From: a virus
IMG/VR virus record: IMGVR_UViG_3300020413_000006
Span: 11,496 to 75,495 of that record
Length of the DNA stretch: 64,000 nucleotides
Reading direction: 5' to 3' (one strand)
The position numbers and the translations under genes are program-made. This document shows, in pieces, positions 1 through 12,100 of the stretch (within the stretch, counting starts at the first letter, position 1; each line of letters begins with the position of its first letter). Below the pieces are notes generated by a model. It ran no database searches, was not told the DNA's origin, and saw only the letters and a program-made list of their open reading frames with translations.

Positions 1-107
1 TTTTTTATCTTAATAACTCTGTTCTTTGCTTTACCTATATGAAGTTGTTCTACTTCCCAATCTTTTGGGTGTAGGGAATTTAATATCTTTGGATCAATTA
101 TTTTCAT
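1..107 (-). CDS. 5' part of ORF running off the window (MKIIDPKILNSLHPKDWEVEQLHIGKAKNRVIKIK...), possibly DUF6445/2OG-Fe(II) oxygenase-like
   Basis: ATG at 107 overlaps the TGA of the 594-aa ORF (ATGA coupling) and the frame stays open to the window edge. The family guess rests only on the 'HIG...VI.I' N-terminus. Confidence 0.55.
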   Translation of the reverse strand, partial: MKIIDPKILNSLHPKDWEVEQLHIGKAKNRVIKIK

Positions 108-1888
108 ACTGTTTCTAACTGAGATGCATTTCTGTCTTCACCAAAATAATCTTTAATCAATTTGTCTTTACGTAAAACAAGAACATGTAGTCCATTCCAC
201 CAGTGAGTAGGATTCTCTATGACTCCACTTAGTATCCTTCTTTCAAAAAATACTTCTAACTGGTTCTCTTGTATAAAAGTAACTGTACTCTCAACAACAC
301 CATCAAAGTTGGCATCATCTACTACGAGTATGAACTGATCATCTAAGAATGGAAGAACATGGTTCAAGTTGTTCATCTGTTCCATCATATCATGATTTGC
401 ATCATAAAACAATATGTTAGGTTTAACACCATCAAAGTCTTCTTCTGTTAGTTCATCAATAGATGCTTTGACAAATGCTGCATTACCATTCTCATACTTT
501 TCCCAATAGTTTACTAGAGTATCATATGGGTTCCCAACCTCTGTCCACCTTATATGGTCTGTCAGGGGTCTTACATTAGACTCTGAGAAGTCATCTACTC
601 CAATACACTTAACATTATTATTCATAGTTGCAGCAAAGAATGTGCTTCCAACATGAGTTCCAAGTTCTAGATATACTGCATCCTCGTGAGAACATAGACT
701 GTTAAGGAAATGTCTAACACGATTAGAAGTTAATCCCATCGGTTCAAATCCATCAGGATTGAAGTTAGAGTTCTCTTGCATACCGTCATCTATAGCATTC
801 AATACTCTCTGTACATACTCATCCATATCTACAGGTCTATCTTGTTTTTTAAGATGTGCATTAACAACATTTTCACAGTAGTTGCAATCCCAACAATCAA
901 ATCCACAAGTCTTTATCTTCTCTCTCCATAAAGCAATAGGACTATCTTTTACAAGAAGGTCATCCATATACTTATTAAACTCTGGAAACATTGTTTCTAT
1001 TTTTTCATTGCCCCAAGCAGAAATTATATCCATGGACTCTTTGAGTTTCATAGCATTTTCTCTACCGTGCATTTTAAATACATCAATACCAAGATCCAAA
1101 AATTCATTCCAATCTGATTTCCAAGGAGGTAAATTAGCTGCTTTCAGTGCGTGAGAGTTATCTTCTATATCCCACTTAGCACAAGAGTTTGTACTGATAG
1201 GATCCATAAAGTATTGTGGAGTATCTTTTGTTCTTGTGCTATTGAAATGATAGTGTTCGTCCATCATAGAACAACCACCCCAACAACCCTCGTTAGTTAA
1301 AATTGATAACTCTACAGGTTTGCCAATAGATGCACAGTATTCTTTTGCTTTTTTTATTTTTAATAGAGCATTCTTATCTCTCATCAAATCTCTATCTAAA
1401 TTGATGTAATGGAATCCTGCTTCCGCAAGAGACACAACTTCATTTGCTCTACTTACATTTCTAAGTATTGTATTCTTAATCTTTAATTCTGGAAATTCTT
1501 TTTGTAAGATTCCTGTAGCAACCCAACTAGTATGTGGTATAGTTACTATCTTGACACCCGCTTCATATAGTTGCCTAAAATTTTTGACAAACAAATCCAG
1601 ATGTTCTAAGTCTGGTCTTACGTAGATATTATTGAACGTTGCTGATAATGGTATACCAGTCTCTTGATGAATAGCATATGCATTATAAAACAATTGAACT
1701 GGGTCACCTTGAAATACATCACCCATAGCATCCTGATTAAAAGGAGGCATCCTACACGTGAAGTATAAGTCAACAATATATTCTTTATGTCTTTTCAACC
1801 AAGGTATGAATACATCCTCAGCATATCTCGAATCAATCTTTGGGTTTATTGGAAGACTGAAGACGGATTTTTTCTTTGGGGATGTCAT
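104..1888 (-). CDS. Peptidase-U32-family (Fe-S) protein fused to C-terminal class I SAM methyltransferase (Methyltransf_24-like)
   Basis: N-half has NEGCWGGC, FKMHGRE (U32 'LKIEGR' equivalent) and CGFDCWDCNYC. C-half has YLELGTHVGST, GVDDF, FYDANH and VVDD. Confidence 0.75.
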   Translation of the reverse strand: MTSPKKKSVFSLPINPKIDSRYAEDVFIPWLKRHKEYIVDLYFTCRMPPFNQDAMGDVFQGDPVQLFYNAYAIHQETGIPLSATFNNIYVRPDLEHLDLFVKNFRQLYEAGVKIVTIPHTSWVATGILQKEFPELKIKNTILRNVSRANEVVSLAEAGFHYINLDRDLMRDKNALLKIKKAKEYCASIGKPVELSILTNEGCWGGCSMMDEHYHFNSTRTKDTPQYFMDPISTNSCAKWDIEDNSHALKAANLPPWKSDWNEFLDLGIDVFKMHGRENAMKLKESMDIISAWGNEKIETMFPEFNKYMDDLLVKDSPIALWREKIKTCGFDCWDCNYCENVVNAHLKKQDRPVDMDEYVQRVLNAIDDGMQENSNFNPDGFEPMGLTSNRVRHFLNSLCSHEDAVYLELGTHVGSTFFAATMNNNVKCIGVDDFSESNVRPLTDHIRWTEVGNPYDTLVNYWEKYENGNAAFVKASIDELTEEDFDGVKPNILFYDANHDMMEQMNNLNHVLPFLDDQFILVVDDANFDGVVESTVTFIQENQLEVFFERRILSGVIENPTHWWNGLHVLVLRKDKLIKDYFGEDRNASQLETV

Positions 1889-2612
1889 GTTTCACTTCAG
1901 ATAATTGAGGATTAGTTTCCTCAGGTGTTGTAATTTCAGAACCATTTATTTGCGGAGGAGTAAATTTACCACCCTCCATGATGTTAGCAACAGATCCACC
2001 CATTGCTTGTCTCATCTTTTCTACTCCTGCTCCAATAAGAGCAGAGTGGTGTACAGCTCCAGATAAGACTTGGACTTGATCATCAGGAGGTAGATTCATA
2101 ATAGAATCCATGTTACCAGTGCCAACGTGTCCAAAAGAAATCATATCGCAAGCAGCTTGTTTTGCCATACGACTGATCCAGTATTTCTTATCTTCCTCCT
2201 CATTGGTATCTAGATAATACTCTACTCCTTTAGATTTGTCTACCATCTCTTCCAACTGACCTGTAAAGTTAGCAATCTCTCGTTTACATACTAAAACTTT
2301 TTGCTCCCAGATAGTTCTATCGTAGTGAGCTTTCTCAATTTCAACTTCAACCATTTCCTTATCTAAAGGATCAGTCGCCAGTTTTAATTGTCTATTGAGT
2401 TTTTTAATATCAATAGCGTTCTTGTCAAGACGATACTGTAACTCCACTCTAGTGTTGTCTCTAGACTGTAGTTCTAGCAATGCTTGCTGTACTTTTTTAA
2501 ATGGTGTTATCTGTGTCCCAACTACAAAATTCTGGTTTTGATATTTAGTTTGTCCACCTTCTAATTTGTACGAATGTTCTATCCAACCCTTTTCAGAATC
2601 CGAAAGTTCCAT
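1833..2612 (-). CDS. Coiled-coil hypothetical protein (259 aa) of the fibre-associated module
   Basis: Long ORF overlapping its neighbours, with a helical 'QALLELQSR...WISRMAKQAACD' pattern. Confidence 0.8.
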   Translation of the reverse strand: MELSDSEKGWIEHSYKLEGGQTKYQNQNFVVGTQITPFKKVQQALLELQSRDNTRVELQYRLDKNAIDIKKLNRQLKLATDPLDKEMVEVEIEKAHYDRTIWEQKVLVCKREIANFTGQLEEMVDKSKGVEYYLDTNEEEDKKYWISRMAKQAACDMISFGHVGTGNMDSIMNLPPDDQVQVLSGAVHHSALIGAGVEKMRQAMGGSVANIMEGGKFTPPQINGSEITTPEETNPQLSEVKHDIPKEKIRLQSSNKPKD

Positions 2613-3540
2613 AAGCTAGTTCTCCATCAAGTCGTTTTTGATTTTCATCAATACGTCCTAACTTCTGACCCTGCTTAATCGGCATTCCAACATTCAAGTA
2701 ATCTTCGTACAAGATGTTCATATCCCACATATTATCACAGTTCCTGATCTGGGAACGTATTGCATGATATTTGCCTAATAATGAGGCGTAATCTATAAGG
2801 TATTTATCATGGTTTTTGAGGACTCTTTTTACAAGTTCTCCTTTCTGCATTCCTCTCGTCATGCATAAGATATCTATAAAGGGAGTCTTCGAGTTCTCAT
2901 CTTCGGTAAACCGTCTAGCTTCTTCAAGTTGATATAACCAACTCTCTGATTCTACATCACAACAATTTTTAAAGTTCTTAAATCTTAAATCAAACTCGTG
3001 TTCAATAACTAAGATTGCTTGCTTCTTCATGTAAGAAAGAGCGAGTTGTATATTTTTAGATTCAACTTTTTTCTTTTTCTTAACATGTACCATCTCACCT
3101 TTGTCATTCATTTCCATGACATAATCTTTATAGTGAGATCTCACCTCTCCTTGGAATCGTGGTGCGTTTAAAAATTCTTTCTCATCTAATTCGATATATC
3201 TCTTGAAGCAAGATTTAACTGTCTCAAAGACAAGTTTGTTCATCTTGACAGTAGTTACATTATGAAAATTAAATACAACTGAATATGTTGTAGAGTGTGG
3301 TTTTATATCTGCCATCCTCAATGTATCCTCGTGGATAAGCATATAGATATAACCTTCTTTAATTTTTTCTTTGTCCTTAATAAACTTCTTAGTCTCTAAT
3401 TCTAGAGGATGCTGAGGTACATATTTTGGACGTAAGAATTCCTCATCTTGTATAAGATCAGCAGGGATTCTTTTTTTCCACGCAGTATCTTCCTTCTCCT
3501 TTAGGAAGTTTCTGTTGGTTACAAATCTATTATTCTCCAT
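2593..3540 (-). CDS. Hypothetical protein with C-terminal tail-fibre-assembly/chaperone-like helical domain
   Basis: 'ESESWLYQLEEAR...TPFIDILCMTRGMQKGELVKRVL...SLLGKY' resembles the E..W..Q..EA/TP...RG...L..KV pattern of phage fibre-assembly proteins. Confidence 0.65.
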   Translation of the reverse strand: MENNRFVTNRNFLKEKEDTAWKKRIPADLIQDEEFLRPKYVPQHPLELETKKFIKDKEKIKEGYIYMLIHEDTLRMADIKPHSTTYSVVFNFHNVTTVKMNKLVFETVKSCFKRYIELDEKEFLNAPRFQGEVRSHYKDYVMEMNDKGEMVHVKKKKKVESKNIQLALSYMKKQAILVIEHEFDLRFKNFKNCCDVESESWLYQLEEARRFTEDENSKTPFIDILCMTRGMQKGELVKRVLKNHDKYLIDYASLLGKYHAIRSQIRNCDNMWDMNILYEDYLNVGMPIKQGQKLGRIDENQKRLDGELAYGTFGF

Positions 3541-3691
3541 TTACCTGTTTCTTCAATGCATCAAATTCCTTTCTCAAGTCTTCATGCTCTTTCTTTAAGA
3601 TCATGAATGCCTGATAACTTGCGAAATCTGGTTGATTAAAATACATCAACGCATCGCTTCCTGTTTTAATACTTACATTTCCTGTTGACAT
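3530..3691 (-). CDS. Small hypothetical protein (53 aa, MSTGNVSIKTG...), coiled-coil C-terminus
   Basis: ATG at 3691 is coupled to the stop of the upstream ORF (TAATG), so it is preferred over the track start at 3736. Confidence 0.7.
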   Translation of the reverse strand: MSTGNVSIKTGSDALMYFNQPDFASYQAFMILKKEHEDLRKEFDALKKQVNGE

Positions 3692-5070
3692 TACTGATAC
3701 CTCAATCCTGTTACTGCAAATGCTCCAGTGAAACATGCACCAGAGGATTGTCCCTGATGACCTTTAGGTTCTGCTTTAAATCCTAAAACAACGTCTCCAT
3801 CTGTAGCGTGGAATCTCTTCCAAGTTCTATTGTTCTGATAACCTCCACCACCTCCTGCGTAGTTACCCATACAGTAACCCCAGTCTTGACCCATACACAT
3901 ATTTTCTTCACCAGAAGATATATCTACTTGGTTGAATGCACTACCTATTGATGAAGTTGTGACATCGTTAAATTTGAGCCATGGTAGTGTAACATTATTA
4001 CCGTTACCATGATAGCAGAAACCCCACTTGGTTGACAAGTCTTTCTTCCAACCATCTCCACCCCATCCAGATAAACTGTAGGATGAAACAGACTCATTAC
4101 TAAACTGTACATATCTTGCGTTACCAGTATCACCAAATAGATGACATCTAGTTTCACCTTCTGATCCAGTAGCACCACCATTACCAAAACCGTTACCTAG
4201 TCTTGTAGACATTTCAGTAACAAAGTTTAGTCTCTGGATAGAACCAGGACCTCCACCAGCAGTGTAACCTCTTTGTGTTTGTTGACCTGAGGCACAGCCA
4301 GGATCGTCTGTACTGTCCCAACTGTCTATTGATGCACCAATACTGTCTGGAGTAGAGTTATATGCATCGCCATGTCCGTATGTTCCATTAGGACCAAAAG
4401 ATCTATTAGTTCCAGTGTGTAGGTTAATACTACTTACCGCTTGTCCAGAACCACCGTATGAGTTCTGTGTACCGTAAACATATCCGTTAAAGTCACCGAA
4501 GTTTCCATCAACATATGATGCTGCTCTGTCTAACTGGTCACCACGACAAATAGTTACGTCTGTTGCTTGATATATCTGATTAACTGTTCTCCATGGATTT
4601 GATCCTCTATAACCACCAACCAAATATCCATGTGTGAAAATACTTCTGTATAAGAATGAAGAACCAACTGTGATATTATATGTGCTTCCAGTATATGTGT
4701 ACCATTGTCCTTCTCCACTATAAGGATTATAGTTTCCAGAACTTACAGATGGGTTCTGTGCGTTAGCAGATCCAGTATCTGTGTTGTAAGGACCGAAGTT
4801 ATTAGTACCATAACTTCCTTGAAATGCTGCTTGACTAGATTCTGATGCTGCTGCTGTTCCCCAGAAAGCATTTTTACCATCAGACATTAAAATACCACCC
4901 GCAGTCTTAGGACTTTGAGATGGTAGTGTTTCAAATAAAACACCGTTCTGTAATAAATCACCAGTAAAATTTATGTTACCAGTAACATCAATGTTCTTTG
5001 GTATAGCAACTGTACTACCACTAGAGGTAACAGTATTTACTTGTGTAGTAGCAGCATTTAACTGTGACAT
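3691..5070 (-). CDS. Distal fibre/receptor-binding-like protein with probable beta-propeller (repeated xGYxxGG blades)
   Basis: Fibre-like N-terminus followed by repeats THGYLVGG, NGYVYG, RGYTAGG, GFCYHGN, WGYCMGN. Confidence 0.6.
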   Translation of the reverse strand: MSQLNAATTQVNTVTSSGSTVAIPKNIDVTGNINFTGDLLQNGVLFETLPSQSPKTAGGILMSDGKNAFWGTAAASESSQAAFQGSYGTNNFGPYNTDTGSANAQNPSVSSGNYNPYSGEGQWYTYTGSTYNITVGSSFLYRSIFTHGYLVGGYRGSNPWRTVNQIYQATDVTICRGDQLDRAASYVDGNFGDFNGYVYGTQNSYGGSGQAVSSINLHTGTNRSFGPNGTYGHGDAYNSTPDSIGASIDSWDSTDDPGCASGQQTQRGYTAGGGPGSIQRLNFVTEMSTRLGNGFGNGGATGSEGETRCHLFGDTGNARYVQFSNESVSSYSLSGWGGDGWKKDLSTKWGFCYHGNGNNVTLPWLKFNDVTTSSIGSAFNQVDISSGEENMCMGQDWGYCMGNYAGGGGGYQNNRTWKRFHATDGDVVLGFKAEPKGHQGQSSGACFTGAFAVTGLRYQ

Positions 5071-5073
5071 AAT

Positions 5074-5424
5074 TTACTCGGTATATTTCTCTTTAATTGC
5101 CTTAATTGTTTTATACCAATTACCATCTTTACCAGGCATTAGTCCTGCATCCATATCTTTCCACAACAAATTTAATTGTTGTTCTACACTCAGTTCTTCA
5201 TAGTCTAATCTTCTTAGAAAATGGTGATCTGGTTCTGAATATATTTTTGGAATTACACTCCCGTTTGATGGTTCATAGGTAAAATCAGGAGGTTGCATTC
5301 CCTCAATAGTTTCATCAGGAATATCTTTCCAGAAGTAATCTTCGTGTGTTTCAAAACACTCGTCTTCAGTCATAACAAACTGACAAACGTTATTATTGCT
5401 TTTGTTAATTAATGCGAAACTCAT
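5074..5424 (-). CDS. Tail-fibre chaperone-like protein (116 aa)
   Basis: 'RRLDY..LSVEQQLNLLWKD...W...IKAIKEKY' motif typical of small proteins following cyanophage fibre genes. Confidence 0.65.
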   Translation of the reverse strand: MSFALINKSNNNVCQFVMTEDECFETHEDYFWKDIPDETIEGMQPPDFTYEPSNGSVIPKIYSEPDHHFLRRLDYEELSVEQQLNLLWKDMDAGLMPGKDGNWYKTIKAIKEKYTE

Positions 5425-5429
5425 AATCT

Positions 5430-6185
5430 TTATGTGTAATTGAATACGATAACGCAGCCTGCACCACCGTTTGAGTTATTGTATGCGAAACTGTTTTGTG
5501 AGTAGTAACCATAACCTCCACCAGATCCCCACTGACCATGAGTAATCTCTTCTTGGTCGTTTTGATAATGGTGTGAAGATCCTGCTTTATGCCAGAATGA
5601 TGATCCACCGCCACCTTCTCGGTTAGTACCGTGACACATTTCACCACCACCGCCAGGTAAGTTGATATCACCACCAGAGGCATTTCCACCAGGTCCTCCC
5701 TGATATGGGTTATCGGTTTGTCCACCCTGACCGCCAGTAGCAGTTATATAAGAACCAAAGGATGAAGTTCCTCCAGTTGATCCTCTACCACCGTTACGAG
5801 CATATGCTCCTCCACCACCATAGGTGTAGTTTACAGTACTGACATTAGATACATCAATGTATCTGATAGCAGTGGCACCACCACCGCCTCCAGCACCACG
5901 ATAAGCGTTGTCGTTAATTCTTGCTCCACCGCCACCACCAGTTGCATATACTAGAACGTGAGTACAACCAGATGGTTTACTCCACACTCCAGATCCACCA
6001 GAAGTTGACTTAGAGTTCCAAGTACCATTCTGTGAGGTGTATGTATTAATGCTAAGTAAAGCACCACTTACAGTGAATGCTTCGTATGAATTACCATCCC
6101 AAATTTTAAAAGTTCCTGAGGAAACGTCGATAACGTTTGATCCTGCAGTACTCTGTATTTGGTCTACTCTTAAAATTCCTGCCAT
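5430..6185 (-). CDS. Glycine-rich distal tail fibre protein
   Basis: N-terminus MAGILRVDQIQ; glycine-rich domain WSKPSGCTHVLVYATGGGGG...GAGCVIVFNY. Confidence 0.75.
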   Translation of the reverse strand: MAGILRVDQIQSTAGSNVIDVSSGTFKIWDGNSYEAFTVSGALLSINTYTSQNGTWNSKSTSGGSGVWSKPSGCTHVLVYATGGGGGARINDNAYRGAGGGGGATAIRYIDVSNVSTVNYTYGGGGAYARNGGRGSTGGTSSFGSYITATGGQGGQTDNPYQGGPGGNASGGDINLPGGGGEMCHGTNREGGGGSSFWHKAGSSHHYQNDQEEITHGQWGSGGGYGYYSQNSFAYNNSNGGAGCVIVFNYT

Positions 6186-6192
6186 GATTAGT

Positions 6193-9100
6193 TTAAACTA
6201 TGCTCCAGTATCCACCACTGTTTATGGTAACAGTTACACCGCTATTTATAGTAATAGGACCTGAACTTAAACAGTTGTCTCCACTATTAACAGATGTGCT
6301 CTCTCCAATAGAGTTTCTATTACGCTTCATTACACCATATCTATCTATCCATTGCTTGTCTCCATCAGCACGAAGAACAACGGATCTTTGTCCGCTAGAT
6401 AGACCCACAGATGATGTATTGATATTTAGACCGTTCGCTCCTCTAACTTCCATTCGGTAAGATGACTGTGTTTGGTCACCACCACCATAGATTGTCCAGT
6501 AACCACCGTCACCATCAATAGAACCCATTCCAGTATTGTTATTAGATCTGAAGTAGAAGTTATCTCCAGTTCTAAGATATGTGTGTGAGTTGTTAGCAAA
6601 GTAGAATCTTTCTTGTCCACCATCATCATTCAACCATGTGTTAACACTAGCACCTAAGTATGGAAGTGCTAATGCAGTATAACCATCAAGTAAGTCTGCG
6701 TTAAGATTAGGACATACAGTTGTAGAACTAACAGAGATCGGTGCACTACCTTGTGCGACTGTAGATCTTATAGTATTTGTTGAACGAATGTCGCCCTTAA
6801 CATCAAGTTTGTAAGATGGTGTACCACTACCAAAGTTACCCACACCTACATTACCACTTCTTGAGATTCTCATAGACTCGAAGAAGTCGCCAGAACCATC
6901 AGTTCCTTGTGTATAGAACGATAGACCTAGGTAATCACTATCTGTGTTTTCACAAACACCAGTAATCATTGCACGTCTACGACTTCCAGTTCTCCATACA
7001 AGAGAACCTAAAGTATGACCCACAGTAAATGCTGTGTCAACTTGAATCAACATTGATTCTCCACCAGTTGCAGTCATAGATGCTGATCCATCACCGTCAC
7101 CAGTGTTACCACCTTCGTCTACGTGGATACGTGCTGCAGGATTGGTTTCCCCAATACCTAAGCGACCACCACGGAAAGTGATATTGTTGTATGATAAGTA
7201 GGTTCCATTCCAACCAAAGTCATTACTATCATTACCAAATCTTATTGAACCTACGTTAGAGTTTCCTCTACCACTAATCTTAAGAACGTTTGTTGCTGCC
7301 TTACCAATATTAACACCATTAGATCCAGCAAGTTGTAATGAAGAAGCACCAGTATTATTGAAAGTACCTTGGTCAGCAGTTAAGTCATTAACTGTTAAGT
7401 GTCCAGAAGCATCTCTACGTGCAAGAGTATTTGCTGTTGCAGATGTTGACTGAGTATAACCATCAACATAGTGAGCGTCTAACTGTGATGATGCTCCATC
7501 GTTTCCTGCGTGCCACATGGTGTTACCATTGACAGTTAGGTCGTTTGCGTTAAATCTTAATGCACCATTACCATCACTTCCATTACCACCAGAGACGATC
7601 ATTTGAACGTCATAGTTTGGTGCTTGACCTGATGATCTAAAGTCTATTGTTGGTGTAGTAGATACCGCTGCTTTACCAATCTGTAACTTAGCACCGTTTG
7701 CATTATCACGTAATCCAATAATTGTGCTAGATCCACTAGAAATTTTATTAGATGATGATACAGTCCATTTTGTGCCAGGATTAGGTCCGAAGACATATAT
7801 GTTTGGATTATTATTAGAACCAACAAATGCTATCGTTCCAGTTACAAGAGAGTATATTTCACCAGTTGTGTGTGTAAGTTCTTGAACACCGCCAGAACTA
7901 TCAACTACGATAGAACCAATGTTGTTTGTTGCCCCTATATCAGAGTAGATAGTATATGTTCCACCATTGTTGATGTTACCACCAACACCACTATTACAAT
8001 GGAAATTTGGAATGTATAGAGTATATTTTAGTCCTGTGTCATTAACATAGAAGTTCTCAAAGACCATCTTGTCTTGACCAAGAACCTCTGGTAAGAACAT
8101 ATCACCAATAGGTGATGTAACTCCACCACGTGTGTCACCTATGTTATAACCTGTCTGATACCAAAGTCCTTGTGATCCATCTAATTTGTCAGCATCTAGA
8201 CCTGTTCCAGCACCATCGTTACCAGATGACCATATCTTCTCCCAGTTAGAGTAGACTGCATTTATTCCACCATTACCTCTGATGTATAGATTGTTATTAT
8301 CTGTGAATCCTAATTGAGTTGATGCAGTTCCAGTAGACTGTCTTCTGTAAGTTACAATACCGTGTGTAGTACCACCATCATTTAATGCTGTAGCAGAGTT
8401 GTTTCTTAATGCTGCAGCAACACCATTTGCTGCCTGAGCAGGAGATGGGTTTGATGTGAGTGATGCAGTCTCGTTAAATATTCTGTTTGCAGTATCAGCA
8501 GTACCAGATATAGAGATGTTGTATGTTACGTTTGCAAGTCTTGCAGGATCTAACGTACCAAAGATAATGTTGTTTGCAGTCTGATAGTAGATACCTTGGT
8601 TACCATCTAGTCTGTCAGCGTTAAGTTCTGAACCAGGTCCTTGGTCAATTGAAACTTGACCATTATCATCAATAACAAATCCACCTTGATCTTGGTTAGC
8701 AACTGCTTGGTTAGCAACGTCCTTTCTAAATCTGAATACACCGTAGTTACCATATACACTAGCACTTGCAGTTAGTGCATTACCCTTTCTAATATCAATT
8801 TCAATGTTACCAAAGGCACGATTGATTGATCCTTTAACAGCACTCAATACTGCAGAACTACCAGAACCAAGTTCACTTGGTATAGTTACAGAGAATGTTC
8901 CAGTATAACCAGTACCAGAGTCAGTAACCTGTGCGGATGTAATTGCACCACCTGATACAACATATGTTGCACGAGCAACGTCTTGACTGGTAACAGAAAC
9001 GTTACCACCTTCCATTGGTAAGTTCTGATAAGTTCCATCTGTATATCCAGTACCAGCGTTAGTAATAGTAATACTGTCAATGTATGAACTATCTGTTACT

Positions 9101-12100
9101 GATCCACCAATTAATATCGCATCAGCAGTTGTAGGTCTAATTGATTGTAATGCATACTCCCATGATGAATCACCACGTAAGAATGTGAATGAGTTTGCAG
9201 TACCCTTTCCTGCCATTCTTTCTGGGTCAATTGTACCAGCAACAATATTAGAAGCATCAATATTTGTTGATGTCAACTGTGTCCAGTTACCAGCATTTTG
9301 TGCTGATGTATTAACTACTCTTGAAAGGTCAACTATTCTCTTTCTAGCATAGTTACCAGATGTGGTTGCACTGTTAGGAGATGTAATAGAGAACTGACTA
9401 GAGTTCAATAATGTTATAGTGTAGAATCCATCAGGACCATCACCTGTAGTAAAGTCAAAGAATTGTAAAGCACCGTTAGCAAGACCGTGATTACTCTCAG
9501 TGAATGTTATTGTTGTTGTACCACTTTGAGAATAAGTTCCAGTTGCTAAGTTTGCTAATGCTTGGTCTACAATAAAGTCACCAGCGTCAAACTTAATATT
9601 GTTTGCAATCGCAATCGCAACTCTACCTTCTATCTGAGCAGAAACAACTGCATTGTTAGCAACACCACTAGGTGATGTCAATACCTGTACTGTTGGTTGC
9701 GAGTAGTAACCTTTACCAAGGTTTGTGATAGTAACACTAGTTACAACACCACTTGTTACATTACATGTTGCAGCAGCTTGAACTCCATTACTTGTGTCAT
9801 CAGGTGCAGCGATTGTTAGGTTAAAGTTACCTGAGTATCCAGAACCACCGTTACTAATTACATAGTTAAATACAGCACCGTCATTGTATGATGAAACTGT
9901 ACCACGAGCAGTTGTAGAACTACCAGTAATAATGTCTCCAGAAGTAAACTGATAAGCACTGTTTGGTGTAAATGCTAGGAATTGACTTTCTAAGTCATTT
10001 TCTAAGATATAAGATATTGCTATACCAGCAGTTACAAATTGATGAGTACCAGAACCTTGATTAGTTAAAGTAATCTCAGAGTTTGCAGATGCATTAGATG
10101 AAGTCGCAGCAAGTTTGATTGTATTGTCATCAACTTTAATAACGTAGTAGACATTGTTTGTTGACAACCCACCAATTGCTGATGAACCTTCTGTATATGT
10201 TAACTGATCTCCAGTTGATGTACCGTGACCTGTGATTGTAATAGTATCAGCACCTGTATTAACAGAAGATGATGCAACGTTGAATGTAGTTGCTGTTGTT
10301 TGTATCGCAATGTCACCAGCGTTTGCGTCTTCAATAGCAAGTCTTTCTGCTTGTGATGCAACAGATGTAATATTGAATGGACGTAATGCAGGGATTTGGT
10401 CAAGGTTAATCTTACCATTTGAAGTTAACTGAACTAGAGCAGATGGAACTGCGTTTGTTGAGAACGGTTGGTTTAGATATGGTCCTAAATTATTTGAAAT
10501 ATAATCTTTAACAGATGCCTGTGTAGGTAGTAAGGAGTCAGATGCGAATGTTCCACCTAAGTTATCATCTTGTGAGAATCCTGTAATTGTGATGTCACCA
10601 CCAACAATCTTAATAGATGTAAGTTCTGAGATTGCAACAGTACCAACAAAACTAATAGCACCAGTTCTGTTGAAGATCGTAACAAAGTTACCAACTTTAA
10701 AGTCACCAAATTCGTTGGTTCCTGATGTATAAACCTGACCGAATAATTCTTCTGCTGCTTCGTATGCACTTCCTAATCCAACACCACCGTTTTGTGGTAA
10801 AGCAGCGTAGGTGTTACCTGATCCAGAGTATTCCCAAGTGTGTGATGATGAGTTACATACAGATGGTCTGTGGAATTTAATTGCTAAACCTACAAGGGTA
10901 GTTAATGGTTGAGAACCAGCTACAAAACCAGCATCGTTAGAAGACTGATATCTAACATTAGTGCTAGTATTCTTATAGTCCATAGACCTGTTGGTCTTGA
11001 TCTTAGCAACAATCTGTGTACCAGCAGAACCAGAAATAAGTTCTGTCTCTAGAATAATGTGCTCTACAGCAGGATCAGTTGGAGTATGTCCATCAATCTT
11101 GATAATATAATCTTCAATCGGAATGTTTGTTAGAGTTGTACCACTAACTTGGATTACCTGTCTACCAGTTGGTGTTCCATTTCCATCAGTGTCATCTACA
11201 ATAGAATCAATAACACCAATATCAAATGAATATGGTTCAGATCTAAATCCAGTAGCACGTAGAGAGTATGTACCAAAGTTAGACGCTGAGTTAGTAACAG
11301 ATGCATAACCACCAGACTGTACAAGAATACCATCTTGACAGAAGATAGCGAACACAGAAACTAACTGTGTATATCCATCATTACTAACGTTGTACGCAGT
11401 ACCACCAAAACAAATGATGGTGAATGCGTTAGCAACCATCGACTTACCTTGTGGATCAAACTGTGCAACGGTGTTACCCTGTGAATTCTGTTTTAAACCT
11501 GGTCTAGGAACGTTAGGTGTAGCAACCTTAGCACCATCAATTTCACAACCAGAACCACCAAGGAATGATATAAGTGAAGAGTTCTGAATATAAGGAGATG
11601 CTTCAATAACTGGAAGATCTAAGAATACATTTCCAAGTGGGAAATTGTAACTATTATTTGATTGTTCTTGAAGTAAAGGATCAGGGGTTGTTACTGTTCC
11701 ACTGTATGCTGTAGCACTTGATAATACGTTATCAAGAATACCCCAGTTTGTAGTCAATGCAGATACAACGTTTGCACATTCTGGTTTACTACTATCTACA
11801 GTAATAGAACCATTTGATACAGGAACAATCTGTGAGAATTGACCAGCTTCTAAATTATTTCTTATTGCGTCTATTGATAATTCTTTTGCTGCAGCAAACA
11901 TTGCACGACTGTACTGAACTTCATTGTTCAAGAATGCAATTGCACTACCACTAATGTATAGATTTGATGCTTCTACAATAGCAGAGTTACCACCATAACG
12001 TAAGTCATACTGGAATGCTCTACATATTTTCATTACGTCATCAATACACTGTTGATCGCCAGGTGCAGATGTTCTTGTAACACTTGACACACTACCCGCA

